From the NCBI GenBank assembly GCA_964016885.1, contig OZ024740.1, positions 167,462,001 through 167,526,000 of the forward strand: 64,000 nt of DNA. Reading direction: 5' to 3'. Below the pieces are notes generated by a model, which saw only the letters and a program-made list of their open reading frames with translations, was not told the DNA's origin and did no database searches. A program made the translations under genes and the position numbers. Position 1 is the first letter of the stretch. Every line of letters begins with the position of its first letter. Of the stretch, positions 53,608 to 64,000 are shown in pieces. This stretch comes from Eledone cirrhosa. Taxonomy: Eukaryota.

Positions 53608-54362
53608 CAAGCTGTAGTACCCGGCTTTGCCCGAGAGAAGACGGTTAAGAGAAGACGGTTAAAGGAGAAAACGACTGTATTGGATGTGTTGTCTGGTATG
53701 AGGTGAGACCGTAAATTGTGTGTGTGTGTGTGAGAGAGAAAGAGAGAGGGAGAGACATAAAAAAAAACAATAATAAAACTTCCTTATTAGGCTGGGGGCG
53801 GGAATGCGGATTAAATGTTAGCATTGGCCTTGATTTTAAATGTTGTGAAATACCCATAGTCAGTATGAACTTTTCAGCTGCAAAGGGCGTCATCTGAAAC
53901 ACAGCAATATACCGCATAACATTGCTACTTTACTGTTGGTTCCTTAGTATGGACTGTAAGTAATATATTGATAAAAGTTGGAGGGTAGATTAATTTTAAA
54001 TAGTATCACTTTCTCTTTGTTCTGTAAAATCAAAGATAAAAACGACTTTATAAAAGTTAACGCAATATTGTCAAACCATCAACTGATACTCTTGTAGGAC
54101 GACACACACTCTCTCTCTCTCTCTCTCTCCCTCTCTCTCTCTCTCTCTCCCTCTTTCTCTCTCTCTCTCTCTCTGAATATCTAACACTTTAAATGTATCT
54201 CTCTCTGTATAACGGCCTATCTCTCTGTTTCTGCCTCTCCCACTGTGTCTCTCTCTCCCTTTAGATGTGTGTGTATGTAATTGTGTGTGAGTGTAGTTTT
54301 CGTGTGTTTCAACCATCCAACCAACCAACCTATAAACAACTTTCTTTTAAATTATATTTAGA
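53608..54362 (-). mobile_element. Non-autonomous Helitron-like element
   Basis: Minus strand begins A|TCtaaatataa and ends cgggc(aaa)gccggg-tactacag-CTTG|T (hairpin, CTRR-like end, AT target). Confidence 0.6.
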
Positions 54363-54901
54363 TAATTTAAATAAAACATTAAAAATGCTATATTGATCTT
54401 TAATACATGGTACGTGTTTCAAACTCAACTCGGGAATTTTCAAAGGGTTAGCTAGTGTATATTGTAAAAGTAAGTACAATAAAAGTATGAAGCCAGACTG
54501 AAAAATACTGGTACGGATTTAATTTTTACTAAATTAATCATTGCCACGAATCATTTGTATTGATTTTCCTATATCGTCTAGATTAGATATGTCTGTTTAT
54601 TTTAGCGTGCAATCTCGCTCAAGGCTCACAAATATCCATGAAAACACCAAGTCATTCCCTCTCTATGTATATCATAATAAATCACCACTCTCTATGCTTA
54701 TACACATCCACATAAATGTTAACTAATTAAACGCTGTCAGTAAAATTTAGTATTATGTACTTTGGCCTCATGTTAGATGTGGTCGAGCAGTCCTATGATT
54801 AAATGTTTACTTGCTGTTATATCCCTATATGTATATATATATTTTTCTTTGGTGGGGCTTGTCTGTGTCTTCATGTGTGTGTGTATGCATATTTATCCTT
54901 T

Positions 54902-54935
<34 letters not shown>

Positions 54936-55392
54936 ATGTGTATCTCTACGCAAAGAGCTAACTCGAATTTCGATTCTCAATGTAGTCCTCCCGAAAAGCC
55001 ATGTAGATCTCTCAGTAATGAATCAAATACACGAATGCTGGCGTTATAACTCCATATATTAATGTATTATCACGAACTTGATAATTCTTTCTAATTCGTA
55101 TAACATTAGTGCTTATGCTCGTATATTATTCAATTAGCTTTTAAATGATGCAGTAAGAATTTGAGATATACGAGAAATATATACCTGGAAAAAGACGGTA
55201 CAGAATTTGTCAAAGACAGCGTGCATGTGATACAGTGACATACATATAAACACATGTTTTTGAACATTTACCTGCGGAGCAAATTAGGTTGAAAAATATT
55301 AGATGTTACAGCCTAGTTGAGTTCTCCAGGAAAGTCTAGTGACAGTTGAATCTCGAATCAGATTGCTTAATTTCTTTGAAGAAATATAATAT

Positions 55393-55574
55393 AATTGTTT
55401 CTACTTTTTGGCACAAGGCCAGCAATTACCCAGTGCATTACTGGTACTTTATTTTATAGATCCCGTAAGGATGAAAGGCAAAGTTAACCTCGGCGGGATT
55501 CGAACTCAGAATGGCAAGAGCCGTAACTCTGTGCGTCAAAGCATAGCGTCCGACCCTCTACCGATACTGCCAAT
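55393..55574 (-). mobile_element. Nin-domain tRNA-SINE
   Basis: B-box gagttcgaatcc, Nin core. Confidence 0.82.
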
Positions 55575-56203
55575 GACATAATGTAATATATTACAATATA
55601 ATATAATATAGTTAGAGGAATACAATAAATCCAAAGTTGAAAAGATTCTCAAAACATGAGGTTGTGTGGGTATACAATATATTTCGAGCGGAAATGATTT
55701 CTATATCGTTATATATAAGACAAATCAACAAAGCCAAAAACAGGATACAATACAAAGATATGCTGGTAGTTGTCCGTTTGAAACAATTGAGAAAAATCTA
55801 TAACCTTTTCTAAGCTAGTTCTTCTTCATCAGAAAACAGAAAAAGAGAGAAGGATTTGTTTAGTACAGAAAAGAATGAGAACAGGCGAGATTATAATAGA
55901 AACGAAGTAGGTACCTACAGTGAGATAAGTGACAGAGAAACAAACTGAAATGAGGTAAAAATTCCGGGAAAATATTTCATCCCGCTTTGATGTAATTGGT
56001 AGTGAAGGCGCCTCACCATTGCAAAAGGTGAGGCTCTTCACTTTCTTTCCGAGTATAGAAAACCCATGTTTTCGACAATTGTTTATAGAAAAACCTATAT
56101 TGAAACAGTTAATCGTAAACAAATTTACTTTCGTAATTTCATAATTCGCTCAATGTTGCTGAAATTATGCTTATATATATGCGTGCGTGTGTGCGTGTAT
56201 ATG

Positions 56204-56252
<49 letters not shown>

Positions 56253-56364
56253 GTACATATATATGAAGAGGGTTGTGTGTGTGTGTGTGTGTACGTTACA
56301 TATAAATGCATAAACAAAAGAATATATATCTAGATGTATATACTGTATATATATATATATATAT

Positions 56365-57109
56365 ATATGAAAGACGTAAATAAGAAAGTTATGAAAATTG
56401 ACTTACTTACTAAAATTTCACTCCAACTAATTAGTTTCTGTAAAGGGATAAATATAGTTACGTAATATAACTATAGAGAAGCCTTACGTCATCAGGGAGT
56501 CTATTCTCAGCTAAGCTTCCAGGCAATGCGGGGACACTAGGAACTTATATGCATCTGTATACATATGTCGGTAGATATATTAATTCTTTATAATTATCTC
56601 CAAATTATTTGTTGAGCAAAATTTGCCGAAATTTCTACTGTGACTGATAGTAGTGGCTAGGCTCTATCTTAATAGCACCCTCACTCCTAGCTGATTAACC
56701 TCAGTGTCACGTGATTGATTCTTTTGAATTTGCTACTTGACCAAGTAGGCAGTGAATTGTCCAATGTCTTAGAATCTAGCCCGGTCGCTTTTTTCCATCC
56801 ACTGAATTATTTTTATATAAGTTCCCACTGTCCCCGCATTGCCTGGAAGCTTAGCTGAGAATAGACTTCCTGATGACGTAAGGCTTCTCTATAGTTATAT
56901 TACGTAACTATATTTATCCCCTTACAGAAACTAATTAGTTGGAGTGAAATTTTAGTAAGTAAGTCAATTTTCATAACTTTCTTATTTACGTCTTTCATAT
57001 AATTGTTCTGCATCCCCCTGCATAGAACCACAAAGTTACTAAGACAAAACATATATATTTGCTAGCATAGGTATGCATCTGTATACATATGTCGGTAGAT
57101 ATATTAATT

Positions 57110-57112
<3 letters not shown>
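56365..57112. mobile_element. Fold-back insertion (~186-bp arms) in (TA)n with two HHR copies
   Basis: 56365-56550 is the reverse complement of 56815-57000; tail to ~57112. Confidence 0.85.
56865..56945 (+). ncRNA. Type I HHR with ~50-nt extended stem II (inverted copy 56420-56500)
   Basis: acttc-CTGATGA-c-gtaagg..tatagtta(tattacg)taactata..ccttac-a-GAAA-ctaattag-TT-ggagt. Confidence 0.8.
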
Positions 57113-57204
<92 letters not shown>

Positions 57205-57272
57205 CTAGATACATATTCTTTTGCTGATGCATTTATATTTAAAGTACACACAACCCTCTTCATACATATGTA

Positions 57273-57318
<46 letters not shown>

Positions 57319-57472
57319 TACATACACACATACATATACACGCACACACGCACGCATATATGTAAGCATAATTTTAGCAACATTGAGCGAATTATTAAAT
57401 TAAGAAAGTAAATTTGTTTACGATTAACTGTTTCAATACGTCAAAAGTAGAAACAGTTATATATATATATAA

Positions 57473-57595
57473 CTGTTTCTACTTTTGGCACAAGGCCAGC
57501 AATTACCCAGTGTATTACTGGTACTTTATTTTATCAACCCCTTAAGGGTGAAAGGCAAAGTTAACCTCGGCGGGATTTGAACTCAAAATGGCAAA
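57473..57595 (-). mobile_element. Nin-domain SINE truncated at the Penelope junction
   Basis: Nin core and B-box; sequence switches to PLE at ~57596. Confidence 0.75.
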
Positions 57596-59364
57596 CGGCG
57601 ATGAATTAGTTTTGCGAGGTTTTTGATATGAAATCCTGTGTCGAAACAAATATTGTTATATTGGGGAGGGTCATATTTGTGTAATAATATTGCCAGAATT
57701 AGTAACAGAACACACTCACTGTTTGGTTGGTTTTCGCTTCTGTGTCTTTTATATCGGTCAAAAATACAGATATAATATAGACACAAACACATATATATAG
57801 TCTAACAAAGTTCTTTCGTTGCACATCTGCAACATCGTCAGTGGTGCTATTATGTTTCCTCCTGTTGTATTGTATGTCTACGCCATCTTTATTTAGTCTG
57901 TTTATTTATTTATTTATTATTATTTTGTCTTCTCTGCGCATGCATTTGCGTGTGTGTATAGTGTTTGATGAGTGTTCATGTTTGGGTGACTGTGTATTGG
58001 TTATTGTATTCTATCTTAGTTTACTAGTGTGTGTTTATATGTGTTTGTTGTTATTGTGCTTGTGTATGTATATATTTATTTATTTATACTTCTCTTAGGT
58101 CAGTATTGTTTGTTTGGGTGTTGTTGTTATTCCATTCATTTTTTCTGTTTAGACTCGGCCTTCTAAGTTCTATTTCGCTGGCCTCTCTGATTTTCCTATC
58201 TGCTGTATAAATATAACAATATTTGTTTCGACACACGATTTCATATAAAAAACCTCGCAAAACTAATTCATCGCCGTTAGGGCATTAGCTTGTGCCGAGC
58301 TGAAAGGTTATTGAAAGACACTGTTTTCTGTTATATAAAAACTACAATAACAACAGAACAAATCCGCTTCTTAAAACACTGTGTTTCCTCCAAAATATAC
58401 TCAACAAACGAATCAAAACAAGTAAATAATTTATTATTAAACAAAACACAAGCTGAACGACTAAAACACACAATAACAATTAATATGAAAAGAACAACAT
58501 ACACAAAAGTTAACGAACTTTACAGACAGAAACGCATTAACGGTAAGGAAGTTCGAAATCTCATCACACCAAACGAGAGGGATGACTTCATGAGCGTCAT
58601 TCGACGTGATACGAAATACGCCCGAAACGAATGCAATAGGCATTTCAATAAGAAATTAGAATGGATGAATAAGAAAAAGCTAGAAGAAAGAAAAATAGAA
58701 TATTCAGAAAAATACCCAGATAACATCAACAATATCCGTATGACTGATGTAGAACTACCGGAAGAATTTACCAATGACCACACAGTAAATATTTATGAGA
58801 ACACTTTAATCAGTGAACAAGAACAACAAATTATTCAGCTACCACCAAAATATGCCATCTACAAAAAGATTAACCCGATTAACTCGAGTGCAAAACGGAG
58901 CTGGAAAAGTGTTTCACAAAAATACGTTGGAATGCAAAAGTAAACAACAACAACAACTATACGGACAACAACAACAATAATAACGATAGTAGTAATATAA
59001 ACAATAACTCTGAGTATAGAAATAACAGCTATAATAGTAATAGTCATAACAATACAATATCAGGAGAATGAGAAATAGTAATAGTGGTAATAATATTAAC
59101 GATAGACAGAACAAAAACAACAACCACAATAATAATAATAGAAACATTAACGACAGACACAGCAGCAGCGACCACAGTAGCAATAATGTAATAATACGAG
59201 TAACAGCAACAACAACCACAGTGGTAATAATAGAAATAATACATGTAGCAACATTAATGATAGACACAACAACAACAACAACAACAAAAACAAGAAACAT
59301 AATAAAAGTAACAACCACAATGGTAGAAATAACAGTAACAACAATAACGGTGGAGAAAACAACA

Positions 59365-59555
59365 ACAATACATCTAACATCACAGCAACAATACATCTAG
59401 CAATCATAACAACAATACATCTAACAATCACAGCAACAATACATCTAGCAATCATAACAACAATATATCTAACAATCACAGCAACAATACATCTAGCAAT
59501 CATAACAACAATACATCTAACAATCACAGCAACAATACATCTAGCAATCATAACA
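59365..59555 (+). repeat. Alternating 24-bp (48-bp period) minisatellite within the PLE ORF region
   Basis: aatacatctagcaatcataacaac / aatacatctaacaatcacagcaac. Confidence 0.9.
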
Positions 59556-62268
59556 ATAATAATAATGTTAATGATAGGAACAACAACAACCACCATAATA
59601 ACAATAATAGCAACACACACAACTATGACGATAGATATAATGACAACCCCTTAGAGAAAGTATTCTTCAATGCAGCTGACAAAACATATAAGATGGGTAA
59701 TATCTATCCTACGAGGTTACCCTTTAATAAAAGGGTTTGTATACCACAACAAATAGATGACGAGACAGGGGCACAGTTCACCATAGCTAGAAATAAGATT
59801 AGACAAATAGTAGACCGGTAAACTAAGAGACAAAAAAGACCAGAGTTCCAACAATTTGGGAGGAAACCTGTAGAAGGCTTGGTTAGCCTCAAGCAGCGCA
59901 CAAGGGATGGTGAGGTAGTATGTCTACCCACGGATAAGTCTGATAGGATGTCAATAGACAGCATGCCGAACTACATCAAGGCTATGCAACCCCATATCAC
60001 CAACACGAGCGAAATTGCTCAGCAAATACATGATGGGAGAGAGAAAATCCTCAACGCTCACATGATGGTGTAGACCGACATCCTAAAGCCAAGCAGACGC
60101 ACACTGCCAACAACTTCCAGGCGTCTAACAATGGCATACCCCCTTGTATGAGCTCCGCAAAGACCATACGACAGTCGACGACCCGACAACAGGACCACCA
60201 ACAAGACCCGTATGCGGAGCAAATATAGCTAGCAACTACAGGATCTCCTGCTTCCTCTCAATGGTTATACGCCCTATAATCAAGATTTCCCCAGATGTAT
60301 GTGACAGTACAGAGGAACTTCCTCAGAAGAATCAGTGAGTGCAACAAAAACAAAAACCTATCCAATTTCATAATAGTATGGACGTGGTATCACTGTACCC
60401 ATCCATTAACATTGATTTTGGTGTAGAAAAATGTGTGGAGATGATCATTGAAAGTGAGGTGGAGTTCTGCGACGTCGACACAGGCGAACTGGGCCTCCTA
60501 CTTAGACTTACTTATGACACTGACTACCTAGGCAGCCATGACCTTAGACGTTTCTGCCCCAGTAGACCCATAAGAGGTACAACCCCCACCATAACCTCAA
60601 TGGCTAAAAAGACTCCCATGGGAAGGTGGATTGGGTGGGCCAAAGCTATACGGACCTCCCAAAACAATGATCAGGTAAGAAAAATGGTCGCACATGCAAT
60701 AGGGGCTAGTATCAAAACTACCCTAAAGCGCCACATATTCAAATTCAACGAGAAGATCTACACCCCAAAAAAGGGAGCAGCCATTGGCGTCAGCATAGCT
60801 GGTGACGTTGCCAACCTTTTTGATGGTATCGTGGGAAAGGAGACTCAAAGATCTCCTTGATGAGAGCTCCATAGACCTCATCATGTATTCTCGTTACGTA
60901 GACGACATCAATATAGTAATAAGGACATCCCCACAAGAGAGTACTAACAAGTTTGGTTTAGAACGTAGCACAAGCGAAAGCATCCAACAGCTAGCTAATT
61001 CCATACACCAGAGTATAACTGTAACTATCGACTACCCTTCCAAACACCCTAACAATAGACTACCTGTATTAGACATGGAACTCTGGATTAACACTATAGA
61101 CGAGAGCGCCCAAATTCTCCACTCACATACGCTAAACACATGGCCTCCAAATACCTGATACTCAAAAATTCAGCAATGTCCAGTAGTGCTAAGTTTAATA
61201 TTCTGATCGCAGACGAGTGATGAAGAATGTGTCCCGCATGTGCGACCCAACAGAAATGGGAAGACACATCCAATACTTCATCAACCGCATGCAGTTCTCT
61301 GGCTACAACCAAAGAAACAGAATCACAGTATACGAGGGAGCCACGGAGAAGTATAAGACCCTCATAGAAGTGGACATGAAAGGGATTTGCCCATTATACA
61401 GGAGCAAATCAGGGAATAGCTTAGATAGGGCTAGACATAAGATAGGGAAAGCCACCTCATGGTACGACAACCAGAGATACCAGAGTGTCACGTTTGTGAA
61501 CGCTACCCTTGGAGGGAAATTAGCTAACCAGTGTAGAAAGGCCCTGAGAAAGAGCCACTTAAAGATTAAGGTGGTAGAAAAGTCAGGAACCACCATAAAA
61601 TCCCTAATCAGCAAAACCTACCCTTTTAAGAAAACCCACTGTACTAATAGGAAATGTATTATGTGTAAAGTAAACCCCCGGAAAAACTGTAAAACTAGAA
61701 ACGTAGACTATAGCATAAGATGTACAGAGGGTACTTGCAGAAACATGACAACAACATACATAGGCGAGACAGCTTGTAGCATAGGTGAAAGGGTAGACCA
61801 ACACTAGGGGGAACTAAAAGGACGAAAAAACGGTTCAATACTATACGAACATGCCAGACAACAACACGACGGTAACATAGACAACATAGAAATTAGAATA
61901 ATATCTAAACATAGAAATGACCCAGCAGATAGGCAAATCAGAGAGGCCAGCGAAATAGAACTTTGAAGGCCAAGGTTAAACAGAAAAAATGAATGGAATA
62001 ACAACAACATCCAAACAAACAATACGAGAACAAACAATAAGAGAAGTATAAATAAATAAATATATACACAAGCACAATAACAACAAACACATATAAACAC
62101 ACACTAGTAAACTAAGATATAATACAATAACCAAACACGAACACACATCAAACACTATGCACACACGCAAACGTATGCGCAGAGAAGACAAAAAATAAAT
62201 AAATAAATAAACAGACTAAATAAAGATGGCGGAGGCATACAATACAACAGTAGGAAACATAATAACTC

Positions 62269-62306
62269 CACTGACGATGTTGCAGATGTGCAACGAAAGA
62301 ACTTCG
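62269..62306 (+). ncRNA. Minimal HHR motif in pLTR (inverted copy ~57806-57843)
   Basis: ca-CTGACGA-t-gttgca(gatg)tgcaac-GAAA-g(aa)c-TT; strong stem II, weak stems I and III. Confidence 0.65.
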
Positions 62307-62539
62307 TTAGACTATATATATATATGTGTTTGTGTCTATATCATATCTGTATTTTTGACCGTTGGTCAGTCAATGGTAACATTGAGGACCGAATAAATTA
62401 AATTAACCGATATAAAAAATACAGAAGCGAAAACCAACCAAACAGTGAGTGTGTTCTGTTATTAATTCTGGCAATATTATGACACAAATATGACCCTCCC
62501 CAATTATAACAATATATATATGTGGGGGGGGTGTATGTA

Positions 62540-62576
<37 letters not shown>

Positions 62577-63119
62577 GTGTGTATATGTGTTTGTGTGTGC
62601 GTGTGTTTGCGTTTGTTTGAATTTCTGCTTGTATGGGTGTATATGTTTCGCCGAAGATAAACGCAGGCCCAATTATAAACATTATTGCCAATATTATTTA
62701 AAATGAAATTAAAATTGTTCAGATAGAAAAACTAGATTTATAAAAATGTCATTTTTTAACCTTGTCTGATTAAAGTTACGAGAGGAAATAAAAACGCATA
62801 AATTGCTTCTCAAGACATTATTTTGAATGAAAGCCTAAACTATTATCGTCTGTAGAGATTTCAATTTCTTTCTTAATATATTTATGTAGTTATATATTTA
62901 TGTTTGCTTCCATTTAATGCAGGCTGATATTTACAGCAATACCAACAGCAATCTTACACCAACATTAGTCCTAAGAAGAATAGGAAATATTAAAAACAAA
63001 AGGGTGAATAGAAAAATAATCAAAAAGTAAAATAATATGATATATCTGTTCATGCTCTACAAATAAATAAAAACAGAAATGATTCCATTACTTCTATCGC
63101 TAATAATAATAATAATAAT

Positions 63120-63281
63120 GGTTTCTGATATATGCACAAGGCCAACAATTTTGGGGCAGGGGAAAGACGATTAAATTGATTTCAGTGCGTTACTAATACT
63201 TTATTTTATAGACGCCGTAAGGATGAAAGGCAAAGCTAATCTAGGTTGGATTTGAATTCAGAATGAAAAGGACCGTAACTA
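63120..63281 (-). mobile_element. Diverged Nin-domain SINE with (TTA)n tail
   Basis: gtaaggatgaaaggcaaag..atttgaattcaga; (AAT)n at 63101-63119. Confidence 0.65.
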
Positions 63282-63289
63282 TCTTTATT

Positions 63290-64000
63290 TGTCACAATGG
63301 ACGTGGGCAGATGGGTGGTTTACAGAAAATTCGTGTAAACAATATAAAGAATATATATAACATAAAAATACAGGTTCCTCAAAAGGTGGGGGAGGACAAA
63401 CCAGGGACAATTCAGGTACCTAACAAATTCTGAACCATGCGACGCTCCAAGTGCATCCGAGGAAGGCACCCCTCTCCTCTCCAAACCAGCAAGCCTTCTG
63501 GTACGTGGTCAGAATAGGCCCATTTAAACGGGCCAACCTCGCAACATTCGCCCACCTTTTAGCAAGTGTACAGTGTGGCAGCACTTCCCTTTCCAAGTGA
63601 AACGTCAAGAAGTTGATGAGGGATTTGCAGAAGAGAAAAGTCCCTGTCCTCAATCATTTCAACCTCGTCCGCCACACAACCTCTTTCGCTACAGAGACCA
63701 AGCAGAGAAAATCTGCCTTCCCATCCGGATCCAAAGAAGGGTGATCTTCGCGATGGACTCGGTAAATAGCCCGATCCGTCTCACACGCCATCACAGCTGG
63801 TCGACATGTTTTTACAAGCTAGTATTGCGCGGACACAGGACGAGTTTCTGGAGAATGGTTCCGTTGCACTGCAAGAATCTTGGACCGGTCCAACCGTCCG
63901 CATTTCTGTGTCTGTAGAATTTATCTCGAACGGGAAGTGCCCTCCTGTAGGACTGCCAACTGAGGTATTTCTGGTCGTTACCCATAGAACCTGAGTCGAA
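63290..64000 (-). mobile_element. Tx1/L1-clade LINE 3' end, decayed
   Basis: Minus reads GTILQKLVLCP..HVDQL (ETxxHxLxxC-like) and LINFLTFHL..AKRWANVAR, followed by a T-rich 3' UTR. Confidence 0.65.

Larger units (their letters stand above)
57596..62495 (+). mobile_element. Near full-length Penelope-like element (Neptune/Nematis-type): inverted 5' pLTR, N-terminal domain, RT, Zn finger, GIY-YIG, 3' pLTR; ORF disrupted
   Basis: PTDKS, MDVVSLYPSI, GAAIG, SRYVDD, LPVLD, CX4CXXC, NVDY..YIGET; 57596-58205 is an inverted copy of 61925-62495 plus ~60 nt of the 5' sequence. Confidence 0.95.

Noticed and set aside
55790-55836. Minus-strand ctgatgaagaag..cttagaaaaggtt
   Set aside because: Too degenerate to fold as an HHR; similar relics at ~15029, ~31076 and ~32083 were also not called
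59365-59555. Regular 24-bp repeats resembling a CRISPR array
   Set aside because: No unique spacers or cas genes; a minisatellite inside a eukaryotic retroelement

Overview
AT-rich, microsatellite-dense eukaryotic DNA with no recognisable host protein-coding gene; nearly every ORF in the track is transposon debris or translated microsatellite. The repeat content (Nin-domain tRNA-SINEs, RTE/CR1/Tx1/R4/CRE LINEs, Penelope-like elements, Helitrons, long (TA)n) resembles a cephalopod (Octopus-like) genome, but that is inference. Identified by eye: a near full-length decayed R4/Dong-type LINE tail-to-tail with a CRE-type LINE, a near full-length Penelope-like element (57.6-62.5 kb) plus a second copy and fragments, RTE, CR1 and Tx1 fragments, three Helitron remnants, two Tc1/mariner remnants and about ten SINE copies. 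The most notable signal is non-coding. At least eight sequence families of hammerhead ribozyme (HHR) motifs occur, mostly in short fold-back insertions in (TA)n. They include a textbook minimal HHR, a U3-A8 compensatory variant, a family fixed for U4A, and HHRs with stem II expanded to ~50 and ~120 nt. A 615-bp tandem repeat also carries all HHR core elements in a non-canonical, pseudoknotted order. All folds were read by eye and none is experimentally tested.
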